Shown: piece after piece, positions 27,406 through 40,959 of the stretch
Layout: each line of letters begins with the position of its first letter
Numbering within the stretch: the stretch's first letter is position 1
Assembly: GCA_000320545.1 (NCBI GenBank)
Contig: ADNK01000490.1
Span: 62,001-126,000, forward strand
Direction: 5' to 3'
From: Bigelowiella natans CCMP2755
Lineage: Eukaryota; Protista; Cercozoa
DNA length: 64,000 nt
Program-made: the position numbers and the translations under genes
Notes under the pieces: generated by a model
Seen by the model: the letters and a program-made list of their open reading frames with translations, nothing else
Database searches by the model: none
What the model was told of the DNA's origin: nothing

Positions 27406-28936
27406 GATTCGTACACAAAGGCAAACAGAGTTACTAGAAATTAATACTTTTCATCCTTACACCAATCAGCCCCTCCTGCGCCATCGTCGTCTGGGCCTTC
27501 ATTCGGGTCGTCGTATTTGAATATCAGTAGTAGTAGTAGTAGTAGTAGTAATAGTGGCAATAAAGTAGCATACACATACGCAGCTTCTCATCGATTGTCC
27601 CCCGCCATCACCATTTCAGCAGAAGAATTTCCTCTTACGAGTAGTAACGACGGTGTCATTGAATTTGTTCACGTTTTCCTATGCGTTTCTCCGTCTCCTC
27701 TCCTCCGTCGCCTCCATCGACCCTCTCCCTTCTTTTGTCCCATTATCTCTAACTGATCAGTGGTTTCTTCGGTGGTGGAGGAGGAGGAGAAAGTGCTAAG
27801 CCTGTTGCGCCAAGGGTAGTAAGTGCTGCACAGAACTCCGCTGTGTGTTCATATTTCACAACAACAAGAGGAAAGAGGGAGGAAGAGATATATGCACGAA
27901 TAAACCCATTCATACATGCACGCATACACTTACACACGCGCGCGCGCACACACATACCTTATATCATCATTTTAATTCATCTATGTGGGGGGGGGTTCTT
28001 GTATTTTCAGGGCACCGAGATTAGCAGAAAGGCAACGATAAAGAAACAGGTTGCAACCGTGAAGAAGCAGGCTCCCCCGCCCAAGGTAGAAGAAGAAGAG
28101 GAAGAGAATGAAGAGGATGATAGAAGGAGAACAAATGATGGGCGGGGATAGGTTTTATGCAGACACTGATCTATAAATTGTATGCTGGTGTATATCAGTT
28201 ATTATAATCATCATTGCTATCATCGTCATGATGGTTATCATGGTCTTTTTCTTTCTCTATCAGAAGGCTGCTCCTGCTGCAACTCCGAAAAAGTCACAAG
28301 GTGGTGGCGGCGGTGGTGGTCTTTTTGGCTTCTTTGGAAGCGCTCAAGAAGCTCCGCCAGGTTGCAGTTTCTACTGCCTTCCTCCAGCCCCCCCCCTCCC
28401 CAACCCCTAATCTCGTAATAGTCGTTGCCTCACATGGACTGTTGTGTATGTACCTTAGCTGCGGAACCTGCTGCACCAGCCAAGAAAGAGGTGAGAGGGG
28501 GAAGGAGGGGAGCAGAGGAGGATGATAACATATTGCAACTTCGCATGCGCGAGGGTCGTGATGATGCTGATTAATGCTTATAATAAATTCATTAGCAAAG
28601 CGGATTCTTCGGAAGAAAAAGTGTAGCAGCCCCTGCCAAGGTGGCGATTATAAATACATATGTGAGTGCGTGTGTGCGCGCGTGTGTGTGTTCTTTCGCT
28701 TGTCTGAACCACATAGCACCTGTACTTTCTTCTTTGAAATATGCATTGTGAGTGCGTAGGCGTGTATGTGTTGTTAACATGCAATGTATATATGGTCACG
28801 CCAATTGCAGAAAGCTGCTCCTGCACAGAGGGCAACTGTGAAGAAGACAGCACCCCCAACGCCAAGGTGATATTATTAGCGCTATAATTGAGTTGATACT
28901 GTGCTATATCATCTCATCTTCGTCATCCATCGTCGT

Positions 28937-28971
<35 letters not shown>

Positions 28972-30720
28972 ACACCAATCACCATCATCGTACATATATA
29001 GACCAACCCCAAGGCCAACCCCAAGGCCAACGCCGAAGCCTACCTTCAAGCCAGCCCCTAAACCGACTTCTCCACCGAAAAAGAAGGTATTATTTATTTA
29101 TTGTGGAATAATAGCAGGGTGATTACCCCATTGTGGCAACCAATGGCAGCAATGCCTACTCAGCTTGTTGTCATCATCATCATAGTGTGATGATGAAGTC
29201 CCCTTCCTTTGTCTCACACAGTCATCACCATCACCGTTACAACTATTTTCCCGCTTGTTTTTCAGTCATATTCACAATTATTTTGTCATCACAAGGCTGC
29301 GCCTCCAGCTGTGAAGCCTAAAGCTGTGGCCCCACCCCCCGCAGCTAAGAAACCCGAGAAGAAGGATCCTGCACCAAGTGAGTTGTGGTCAAGTGGGAGG
29401 GGTCATTTCCCGCTTGGGTTTTTGTCCATCTCCATCGTGCTACCCCCTCTCTTCCTCCTCCCCCCCCCCCGCGTCCCCCCCCTCCCTGCATAGCTCTTCT
29501 AATGAAATGCAACGACCTTACGACTCTACTTATATTTTCTGTGATGGCTATGTTGTGTATCATTATAGAAGGCCCTGATCTCTTCTCTCAGCTTTCTGGA
29601 ACGATTCGCATGTCGACAAAAGTGAGTGCCATCTGGCTAAAAATAACAACAACAACAACAACAACGATGATGATGATGATGATGATGGTGATGATGCACG
29701 GGTGGTCCTCTAAGCTACTTTGTGTTGTCATCGTCTACCTACTTCCTTGTACGTCGGCTAAGGGAGGGATCAATCATCTTTAACTTTTTTTCTGGCGAAT
29801 GTTTAGGCTTTGAACGAGCTCACACAGTCTTCGTCGCAGCCAGCTCCTACCTCTGCTCCAAAGCCAGTAATTTTGTTAAGTAGCAGTATGACGAAGATGA
29901 TGATGATGAAGAAGGAGGAAGAGAGGAAATAGAAGTCTCTTCTAGGTTTAGTGGTGGATATTGTAGAGTGGAAACTTGGGTGTTGATTATGGTCCGAGAT
30001 GGTATTGAGGCGTTGCTTAAAATCATCATCGCATCAGCCGTTTTGTTGGTTACAATTCTCGAATTTCGTCTCTTATTACCGGGGAAGGGAAGCTGTTAAC
30101 GAATGATACATCAATTTGACTCCTTGCTAATTTATCAATACTCAATTATGTCCGGTGATGACCACAGCTGCCTACACCAAAGCCAACGATGAAGCCGGTA
30201 AGCATTTATCGAATCTAACAGGAAAACAATCATTGTTTGCTGAACTGATCTTCCATCAATGAGTAGTGACAGATTAACACACACAAGCACACTGAATAAC
30301 CCACGTATATTTTCTTCTTCTTTTCCTCATTCCTCTCGTCCTGCACTATTGGTTGTCATTTCCCTTCCTCCGCATAGGTCGCACCACCTCCTCCTCCCCC
30401 AGCACAAGAGGTAGTAGTCGTTGCCGTCGTAGTAGCTCGCACAGTCCATTGCTGTCATCGTCATCATCACTAGCATGATCATCAACATTCAGCAGTAGTA
30501 AGTAAGGACCACAGCCATGAGAACCCTCATTTCACAACGACTCTCTTCCATCTACCCCCCCCCGCTCCCCATCCTGCTCCTCCTGTTCCTGCAGAGCGTC
30601 GCTTCTACTGGAGGCGGTTTCGGGTCCTTCCTGTCGGGAACCGTCAAGAAATTCGCTTCGCCACCTGCTGCTAGCGAAGCCCCTGTAGCGCCACCTTCAG
30701 GTAATTAATTGTCGTAGTAA

Positions 30721-30753
<33 letters not shown>

Positions 30754-31176
30754 CAGTAGTGCTAGTTATTCTGATGCATTCAAATCAACACTGCTTTTTT
30801 CAAGTAGTTGGTATCTCACAGTAAACAAGCAGTTGCTCCTCCAATGATATTGTGATTTCCAGGGCTTGATACCTACTATATCGTCGTCGTCGTCGTCGTC
30901 ATCATCAGTCATCATCAGCCTCATCATCATCATCATCATCATCATTATCTCCTCCTTTATTCTTTTTCTTCAGGCACTGCTCGCAAGGTCATCATTCCTA
31001 TCCCTGAACCAGAGGAGCTAGATACGCCTCTCTTCGATCCTGCGAAGGACTTCGGAAAGTTAGTTGCCGGCAGAGCAGCAGCAGCACCAGCACAGACATG
31101 CGAGAGAAAGAAGGGGGAGGGGAAAGAAGGGTGGGAAGAAGATGAAGATATTGGTTAATGGTCCATCCCCTATATC

Positions 31177-31208
<32 letters not shown>

Positions 31209-32536
31209 TATCGCCTTCATTGGTATTTGCCATTGTTGGACAGGTATAAGCTTGTTGACGTCGATCTGCTCAAGACCAAGGATGAGGATCTCAGGGTGGC
31301 TAAGATCAAAGCAACCCAAAAGGTGAGTGTGGGACTATGTACATGCAGCATGAGACATGAATGTTTCTTTGGATCTCTCTCTCTCTCTCCCCCCCCCCTT
31401 TCTTTCCCTCCCTCCCCCCCCCTTTTTTCCCCCACACATACGTACGTGTACACGAATACGCACAGGATGACCAACTGGCCTCGCTTCTTGCCCAAACGCG
31501 ATCTCAACAAGCCGAGCTAGAGAAGCTTCGCGAGCAGGTATGCTACGATCTTGAGGAGCATTCTGCCGTCCTTTTCCTCCTCTTCCTCCTCCTCCTCCTC
31601 CTTGCTTCTCCTAATCTTTTGGATGATACCAGGTTAAGCAATTGTCGCAGGGCGCCGCAGAAGCAGCAAAGGTAGGAGGTGTAGTTAGAAAATAGTGGCG
31701 ATCAAAGGAAACAAAATAACTACTATGTTCGTGGTAACACTGCGGCGACATGGTAGTAGTACCGTGTGCTGATGCTGATTGATTCTTTGTGACGATGATA
31801 ATTTGTCAAGGTCTCCGCAGAGCAAGCTGAGCTAGAGGAATACATTCTGCCTCCACAAGCGAAGGGTGAATCATTATAAAATAGTCACACACCATCGTTC
31901 GCCATTGGCATTGCTTGCACCGCACCCCCTCCCCCACCCCTTCGGCTGGTCCTTGTTATTCGTTTCTTCTTCTTCTTCTTCTTCATCTTCTTCTTTTGCT
32001 TTTTATCCCAATGGTAATTTTCCGATGACGACGATGAGAATGATGATGATGCCTTGACTTGCTCCAAGAATCCGTTCTTCTTGCTGCATAGCAACATTGC
32101 AGCCGTGCCCTTCTCTCACATATGAAAAGAACGGTTGTTCTTCCTTCAAGCCCGCTCTTGAATGACTCGACTGCTGCCAAATCAGGCGCTCTTTCTATCC
32201 TCCGTGACGCCGTGGAGGATCGTGATATCGACCCCGAGGAGGTCTACACTGCCATTCGCGCACTAGAGAAGCAGAAGTTGCAGGTTCCCGCCTTGGCTGT
32301 CAAGGTAACGAGCTAGATCTCCTTCTGCGTCACAATCGATCTATCATGATGACGACGATGATAATGATGATAAAGATGATGATGATGACGATGGTGATGT
32401 TGTTTCATCAGGGCTCATGGAGACTAGTGTTTACTAGCGGAACCGCGAATACACAGCAGGCAATGGGAGGGAAAATCAACTATGTTCCGGTATTATTCGA
32501 ATGGTTACTACTGTGCCCTCTTTCGCGAGACCTTCT

Positions 32537-32572
<36 letters not shown>

Positions 32573-33798
32573 ATTTCTCTTCCTCCCCCCGTTCTCTGTT
32601 TTTCTTTGGCTCCTTTGAGTGTCGCTCTGATCAAATGTAACCCGATATCATGCTGCTAACTATGCCGCTGCTGCTATCACTAACGATGGTGATAGAGAAA
32701 GAAATGCTTCGTCGTAGTAGTAGTAGTAGTAAGTAGTAGTAGTAGTAGTAGTAGTGGCAGGGATGTCAACTGTCGTTTTGGAGCAAGTTCGTTCACGAAG
32801 AGCCCTCCCCTCCATATTGTTTACTATTTTGAATCTGACACTTTCAACTCGTCATTCGTCCCCTGCTCTCGCCCCTTCCCTCATACAGGTGAAGGCGGTG
32901 CAAACGTTTGGGGAAGATGGCGAAATAACGAACGGGGTGTATCTTGGTCCTGTGCCACTTGTCAGATTCAAGGTGCGCTTCATGATGATGATGATGATGA
33001 TGATGACGACGATGATGATGCTGGGCAAATGTAGCTAGCGGTGATCATGGTCATTACCCACTTACCTTTATCTTGCAATTGTTATTCTTCCTTTCTTGGC
33101 GAATGGATGGACGTGCGTGTAAACAATCAATAATATCAGGGTCGATACAAGTGGCTCTCATACCGTTCCCGTCTGGAATTCGATTTTCAGGTGGTTGATG
33201 ATGATGATACAGAGTTTATAGCAGCACTAGCTAGCAGAAGTAGTGCGCAGTCCTAGCAGCAACGTCCTCCTCTCTATAGAAGCTGTTATGTTTTCCCTTG
33301 CAGTCGTCATTATCATCGTGTCTATTTGGGTCGACAGCAACCTACTTCCCGCCTTTCGAGTAGTGTCATTGATCTCTGTTTGCTGCTGTTGCTGCCTTTT
33401 GCGCCGTAGGATGTGGAAGCTTTTGGAGTGTACACCCCAGAGAACCTCCCAGATCCTGTACGCAATATTCTAGGACTTAAGACGGAGCAGGGCGAATACA
33501 AGAAACAACCCGCTTTTAACTTCATCGCGGTTGATGATAAGGTTGCTGCTCGAATTCGCCGCAACATGTGTTGTCGTTGAATGCTACCAACATTACCTCA
33601 TTTGTTCTGTGAATGGGTGGTTGATGCATACGTTTGCCATGAAATGAAAGGGAGATGCAGCAACGACAGTTGTGGTGCGGTTCGATCATAAGTTCTCTGA
33701 CAAATACCTCGCCCCCCCCCTTTTTTTTCAAATAGGTTCTCCTTGCACGAGGAGCTGGAGGTGGTGTCGGACTTTGGGTGAGAGAACAAGACGAATAG
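25262..33798 (+). CDS. PAP/fibrillin-like protein with a bipartite-type N-terminus, long Pro/Ala/Lys-rich linker encoded by micro-exons, and a coiled coil
   Basis: N-terminal LPALALAVASVIGMVFIV. Many 30-80 bp exons (TPKNAPKPAAAAPKK, PTPRPTPRPTPKP). C-terminal exons give AIRALEKQ...GSWRLVFTSG...VKAVQTF...NGVYLG...RLEFDF...FNFIAVDDKVLLARGAGGGVGLWVR, matching a PAP-fibrillin lipocalin-like fold. Confidence 0.75.
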
Positions 33799-33879
33799 AG
33801 CAAACAATCCTATTACCATAAACAATTGCTTTTCCTCCCGGTATGATAGACCGGTGTCCGTAGCTACTGCTTTCTCTCT

Positions 33880-35020
33880 CAGCTACCACATTCTAGCATT
33901 GTGCACGTCGCCATGACCATATAGGCACGCGGCATCATGTCGTTTGTAGCCATTCTTTTCTTGTGAATAACTTGCATCTAGTACGGCTCATGTATGCATG
34001 TGAAGTATTATCTACCACATGACATAGCTTGACGGTCAGATGTCATACCTACACCTCTAGAGCTATCATTTCCGCACATTCAAATGCCATTGATGTGCTG
34101 CACGTAGCACATCTACAAATGGGACATCAACCATCTGGACCATGCTAGCATGGACGCATGGACGCGCATTCACATCTCTAGATCTAGGTGTAGCTGCAGC
34201 GGCTAACAAATCTCTTTTTTGTTGCACGCGACACGTGCACCGCATGACGATCGATGCCGCGATTGTTCCATGTTGTTTGCGCGCGCAATTCCAGAATTGC
34301 TGATGTGGCAACATGTGCGTGGATGACCATCTAGCCATGCACGAACTAGATGAAGACGCTTTGGACGAGCACATCTGCTCAGACACGCCACCAGCTAGAC
34401 AGCTGTCCTCTCACGCTTGTCACGGTTGCCATGAGCCAGTCTAGCAGTGACCGGCCCTCTCTGGCCCTTGCTAGCTACGCTCACGCTGCGCACCAGCTAG
34501 CTAGCGGCTAGCCAGCTTGCAAGCTGGCTTGCTAGCTTGTTGTTAATTTCAGGCGAAGTTTTTCATTGGGTCAGCACTTGCGCAGACCATTCTGGCATTG
34601 CACAACGTGTTGATCGATGGAAGTGCAACAACACACAAACAAGCAGATCTGCTGTCCAATCAAAGCTAGCAAAGGTGCATGCATGCACAACGTTGCTGCA
34701 GTCTGGCAATGCCCACTTGGACCAACATTGGATCGTTCGATCCAAGTGAGATGCCACACCCAAAAATGTCTCAGAAGCGCAACTTCACATTGCAAACTTG
34801 TGAACAATGAACAATGACGAAAAACTACATCTCCGAAGTGTGACATGACAATTGCAGTGTGCGAAATGCAGTGCCTCGAACTGGCTTCAGTGAGGACTAA
34901 AACTGTGCCTCGAACTAACTTGTGACAAAGTGAATCACCTCACCATCTCGGCGAGTTGGATTTTGCCTGCGCACGAATGGACAACGACAAGGTCAGTTTC
35001 CAATTTCCATGGATTTCTGG
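33880..35020. other. CTAG-enriched then TpA-depleted intergenic tract
   Basis: Dense GCTAGC/TCTAGA up to ~34540. 34560-35020 has 4 TAs, all CTA (manual count). Confidence 0.9.
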
Positions 35021-35118
35021 TCAATAATTTGAAGAGATAATATCTAAGGATGTGCTAGAAAGAAACAGAATTTGTTTTTTTGACAAAGAAACGCCCATTT
35101 TCAGTGAGTCCCCTCAGC

Positions 35119-36103
35119 ATGGGGCACGTCGACGGCGGTACCCTACTACCATGGCCAGGCGTTGTAATGGCCTTATGCCTATTTCTTCTCGTCTCACCCG
35201 TGCAAGGGGGGCCAAGATGGTACCATGATGAAGCCAACGACTACGGGGGGCAACGTAGGAGAGGAGCAGACGGGATGCGCTCTCCTGGTTGGCAAAAAAT
35301 GCTGAGGCGAGTTCGAAAGATCGCCGTACGTGCCGCGTTCTTGTCCATCGGCCTGAGCCTGGCCCGGAAGAATCATCTCATTCAGGTTCATAGTTTTGAA
35401 TGTGAATGTTGACGAAGTTGTGCAATAACGGAGAATTTGACAATAGTCGTGTGGTTGCACACAGATTTACCTTCACAACTTTCCCTCTGCGTTACGCTCA
35501 CCACTTCGAGGGTATCTTGCCTTTGGGGACCAGGTAGATCAAACCAGTTCAAAGCACATAGTCAATATTAGATAGCTTGGTCTGTTTACTTTTATTTCAG
35601 TGATAATTTGTCTTTCTCATCACATCACATTTCACACCGAACACTATGAGAAAGAGAGGGTCGTTGGAGAAGAGATGATGGACTTCGTTCTCTTACTAGG
35701 TTATCGGGACAGGAGAAAGCATGATGGATGCGTTGAAAGCTGGTACAGTTCTACTCCAGACCATGATTTTTTTCCTTAATGCTTTCGCAGAGATCTAGAG
35801 ATAATATCACCCAAACTGGAAGAATGCTGCTTGTGCACACCTTACTACTAAGCACAAATGCATATATATGTACGAAAGCAAGGACAAACACTCGTATTAA
35901 TTACAATCGTTATTTTTATTGTATCATTCATTGAAAAGATGGCATCATAGTCGAGCGTAGTGGCCCTCGGCTACTTCCTCCATCGCAATATATTGATGCT
36001 GAAGGCTCATCTTCGTCTTCGACATCATCACGAGTGAAGACATTGGCAGGAAAAGCTGCAAATACTGTAGGGAACGCTGTGGATTCTCTCGACCAAGCTG
36101 CAG
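35119..36103 (+). CDS. Hypothetical secreted or plastid-targeted protein (3' end uncertain)
   Basis: Signal-like VVMALCLFLLVSPVQG. Exons 35119-35385, 35465-35533 and ~35700-35742 join in phase, and a further open exon lies at 35939-36103. Confidence 0.4.
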
Positions 36104-36239
36104 GTATTCATTAAGGATAATTCATTCAATGCCATAACAATTGCTCCATTTTTAAACGTACGTCCATGCAAATGCACAGCGCGGGCAGACAATATTACAT
36201 TATTATCATATATGACGTATGTGAGCAATGAATAATATG

Positions 36240-36240
<1 letters not shown>

Positions 36241-36289
<49 letters not shown>

Positions 36290-36331
36290 CTGGGTGTAGA
36301 GAGAACCTTCCACATTATTTAAATATCATAT

Positions 36332-36407
<76 letters not shown>
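36241..36407. repeat. (AT)n and (GT)n microsatellites; representative of many (AT)n, (CT)n, (CA)n, (CAT)n and (TAG)n tracts, mostly intronic
   Basis: Directly visible. Others occur at 6224-6268, 13751-13788, 14830-14877, 20491-20556, 26897-26930, 27307-27402 and 53471-53501. Confidence 0.95.
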
Positions 36408-36409
<2 letters not shown>

Positions 36410-37357
36410 CATATATTCATTATTTGTAACATTTGCATTCGCAAATATCTTCGAATTAGGCGAGGTAGTGGAAGGATTATATGACGTGTATAAAGAAATG
36501 AGAGCTGAGAAACGGTGATCATCTCTATTGGTTGGGATTCCATCTTAAAGTTGCATGCATTGTTTATCGGGAAAACAGCGATAAGTGTCGAAACATTCAA
36601 GTACGTTAACAGGCGGAAGAGTTGCAGCAGCTAGAGACATGCCCCCACTTCAACATTGTATAAATATAAATATGAATATTATGTGTATGTATGTGTGCGC
36701 TATATTAGTCTGTACTTTTTTTAATGAATGTTGCAATGCTATGTGCTGCACGAGACGGCATGCTTGCTACTAAGCTGAAAGCATAGCATAGCTAGTCAGA
36801 GCGCGCGATGCAAATATGAGCTGCAGCAGAGGTCCATCCGTTTTATAGCAAGCATTCTTATTTTGAGCTATTTACTTTAGTATATAAATGCATATATAGC
36901 TGGAGCCGTCGCAGCTATGAGCTCGGGCGTTGACGTAAATTACTATTCTTATCGCATGCAGCATGGTACATATGCGTGAATCGCAGCTGCTGACAAGGCG
37001 TGCGTAGATTACGTTCGTTTGACAGTATTCTACATAATAAAGACATTTGTAGATGTAAAGTTTTGTTGGCAAAGACTGTTATCTGTTATCCTTTCTACAA
37101 TGACTAGTAGAATCATTTAGCCTGTGTTTAGATTCTGAACGCTGCATCGCGAATTGCGAATAAAACCATCAGCATCTACATGGCTATGCTGCACTTCGCA
37201 TGGAACTTATAGTGAATGAGCTCTTACCAAAACAATGGCCCTACTGCTAGGATATTAAGTTGTAGTTAGGTTTTTGCTTACAGCTCGTCTCTGTATTCCA
37301 CAGCCTGGTAATTCGCAAAAGCATTTATTTAGAAAGTGCGTGTTTATTTCTTAGAAG

Positions 37358-38105
37358 CTATCTTACCTTATAATAATCTGAAGGTTCTCTAAATTCTGCG
37401 ACTTGAATATAATAGTTATCTTCGTGGTTTTCCGCACTTTGAACGTGAGATTCTTCAGCAGTGTCTTGAAAGATATTAGGGATCAAAACAACGTTGTTTG
37501 CTCCACCAGTTGCAGCAGAGCTTGTGCCAAGCGTGATCTTATCGCTTGATTTGAGTTCTTCATGTAAAGAATCTTGTGGATCATTACTTATGAACTCACT
37601 ACGGTCGTTAGAATTGTTATTTTGTGCGATGTCAAGTCCTTCAAGTGCGCCCCTCATCCCCTTTCGTAAGGTAGAAGAGCCACTAGCTACTGGGGCTGAG
37701 CTTGAGCTAAAGGGAACGGGTAAATTTCTTGAAAAAATCTGAAATTAAATACAGTATGAGTATCGTCTTGCCATACTTATGTTGAAGATACGATGCACAA
37801 GCGTATTGAACCTGAGGGTCGATCGCCACCGCTTCTGTCTCAATGACATGCCCGTCAAAAGTTGAGAGTTCTCCTTCTCCCTCTACGACCACTATAGTAC
37901 TTTGCGTTCGCGGAGATGTTGCGGGGATAGATGAATCCACTAATTTCGGTACTACTTTCTCGCTGAACCCTATTAGGTGGTGTTAAATTTCAAAATATTT
38001 TCAACACGCAGAAAAAATTGTGATTTAGACTACTGCTGACAGACCCTCAATGAAGACGAAGAGCAGGAGCAGCGTACAATGTAGAGCCAAAATTTGCCCA
38101 CGCAT
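37358..38105 (-). CDS. Hypothetical acidic secreted protein
   Basis: Signal-like MRGQILALHCTLLLLFVFIEGLSA, followed by exons matching ORFs 37707-37940 and 37358-37740. Confidence 0.45.
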
Positions 38106-38497
38106 GCCCCTACTTATCCTCTAGGTTGCACTTCCTTCGAGGTTGAATATAGGAGCTATGTCAAGGAAGGTTCCCCTATCCACGCTCGCATCCAAAGGAT
38201 GCAATTCAAAATTTCAAATGGCCACAATTTGCGTGGTTGTAGGTGCGGAGTGCAGACCATTTTACTCATGCGACAACGAATCATTTTACATATCCATTGG
38301 AATCCACGAGCGCTGACGCAAGGCTGAAAAACAGGTTATTTTTGACGTGATCCTGGGTGAGAATTATTTTGTGAAATACCGAACATTATGACTTGACGGC
38401 AAGCAGGTTTCGTTGTCGCAATTATGATGTAAAGAAAGAATATACAGATCCTAACCGAACATTCTCTCCTGCTTCCTCACAACCCAACAGAGTAGAT

Positions 38498-39834
38498 ATG
38501 AGCGATAAGACGACGGACAGCTTAGCGCAGCAACTGGCCAACGCCCGGGTCGGCCTAAAGCCTCGTAATACTGTGTTCACAGATGAAAGAGGCAACGTCC
38601 ACATGGAGAGGATTACAGGAGATCCGCTGGTTGACGAGCGCAAAACGGAAGAGAAGAAAGCGAGCCAGGAAAGGATGAAGGCTCCCTGGATTCATATGCA
38701 TGGCCGCCTGGGAGCGAAAAACTGGGCTGCCCCGATTATAACTAAGGTGTGTAACGAAGATGCTCGACCAGGCTACAACACGTGTAAAGCCCATGAATAT
38801 AACGAAGATCCAGAAACGTTCTCCGAAAAAATCAAGAAACTTGCAGAGATCATCCAAAAAAGCAAACGATGCATTGCTTATACGGGAGCTGGAATCTCTA
38901 CCGCATCCGGCATTGCTGACTATGCGTCAAGAGACTCTGGTCGACCTAAACTTATGTCTCCATTTGACGCACAACCAACTCTAGCCCACCGTGTTTTGGC
39001 AGCTCTCCATAAGGAGGGATTTCTCAAAAATTGGATACAACAAAACCACGATGGTTTGCCTCAAAAGGCAGGCTATCCCCAAAAGGATTTGAACGAGATC
39101 CATGGTTCGTGGTATGACCCGTCGAATCCAGTTGTCATGATGAGTGGCAACCTTCGTGAAGACCTTTTCTCCTGGCTTATCGAATGGGAAAAAAAATCAG
39201 ATTTATGCCTAACCCTCGGCACATCCCTCTGTGGAATGAATTCCGATCGAATGGCCTTAACTTGTTCGAAACAGAATCCTGAACTGGGAACAGTTATAAT
39301 AAGTTTACAGCAGACCCAACTGGATGAACATGCAAGCTTAAGATTTTTCAGTACCTGCGACAAGGTGATGGGCGCTCTCGCCAAAGAAATGAATCTCAAA
39401 CTACCCGAAGAAAAGGTTTATATTCCCAATATCCCAAAAGATACAATTGTAGAACAGGATGTATTTCTTGTGGGCTACGATGCAAAGACTGGCAAAAAGA
39501 ATGGAGACGAAAGATTTAAGCTGGATTTGAGAGTAGACTCGAAAGTTGTGATCCCTGTTGGACAATACAAGGGAGTTCAGGGCACAGTGCAAGGAAAAAA
39601 TCGGGAAGGCCATTACAAGATTTGCTTCTATCATCGATTGAAAAAGGGCTCAAAAATCAAGCGCCCACAGGTCAGGTTTCTATGCAAAATTTTTGTCGAG
39701 TAAATCAATGTGACAAAGCGTTAATTCTAGTATAAACTCAGGTTCGGGTACTCGGAAGATGGTGGATTGAGGCGGCAACGAATGGCACTATTGATCAGTT
39801 GCCATTGATTCCATTGACAATAAGCGCAGACTGA
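38498..39834 (+). CDS. Sir2/sirtuin family NAD-dependent deacylase (class IV-like) lacking the zinc-binding module, with a C-terminal KOW-like motif
   Basis: Motifs YTGAGISTASGIADY, PTLAHRVL, QQNHDGL, EIHGS and LGTSL. Intron 39670-39741, final exon VRVLGRWWIEAA...SAD*. Confidence 0.88.
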
Positions 39835-40959
39835 TTAGCGCTGCTAACATCCATCCCGGCATAAGATTTATTAATGAACGTAATCTTAGTACATATATCT
39901 GCCTTGCTCGAGGTTTGCAAACTCAGACGTCTTATCACTTGCGGGAGCTTTCATAACATTCTGTGCAAAAACTTTGAAATCGATCCGATCGAGCAGATGC
40001 TACATCGTGTCGCCGCGAAAACTCAAATTATGTGATAGATGTATACGATGGCTGCTTTGCAGCCATGCTAGCATGGCTCGTGCTGGTGCGTTCTTGCCTA
40101 GCTTGCACTGTTTTGACCGAATTGTCATCCTAAGCGTTAATGAAAGCGTGTGTGTGTGCACATGCTAGCATGTGAAATGCAGATGTAACAAATGTACAAA
40201 TTGCATGGAATCAACAGTCATCCCAATGTCTAGATGTAGCTGTGCAAAGCGGCGGCTGCAGAAGTCGGTGGCCATTAGTGCTCAGCTGACATGTTCCATG
40301 CTAGCATGTTTTGCCGAATGTAATGCCATTGTTGTTGTTGTTTCGCCCGGCGCGTGACACACATACATGTATGCATGCGATGCATGCTAGCATGCTAGCA
40401 TGCTATGGTCATGGCGCTTACTAGCTTAGCTAGCTAGTTACGATAAGTGGTCGAAATCTTAAACGTCGTCGCGCACATGGATGGATGCCTTTATTCTAAC
40501 GGATGTTTGATGTGCATTCGATGATCCAGTATGCGTACATACAGTGAGCGAGTGACATAGCAGGTCGGAGCGTAGGGGCAATACATCTAAATGTCTGAAG
40601 CTAAGCAAGTAGCGAGCGTAACATATCTAGACATGGTGCAGTTTGGAAAATCTAGGTTTCGAGGGCGAAACAGAATGATGATATGTACGTTCTGATTGCG
40701 ATACTACCGAGAAAACAGTATAAACAATTAGGATACATCATACTATTTGATGTCTTACTGTACGCACTTCAGATTCTAAAAGCATTAAGTCCAATACCTG
40801 GCGATTCTAATAGTTTCACTGTTCAAGCGTTTTAGTGGCAGCGTCTTAACTTCTCCATCCCACTAAATTAGTTAGCAATTTGTCGTTGATGATTGTTTTT
40901 TACTTCACGAATCATAAACGACGGCGTGTCGAAAATAAATTTCGAGGAGAAAATTGGGG

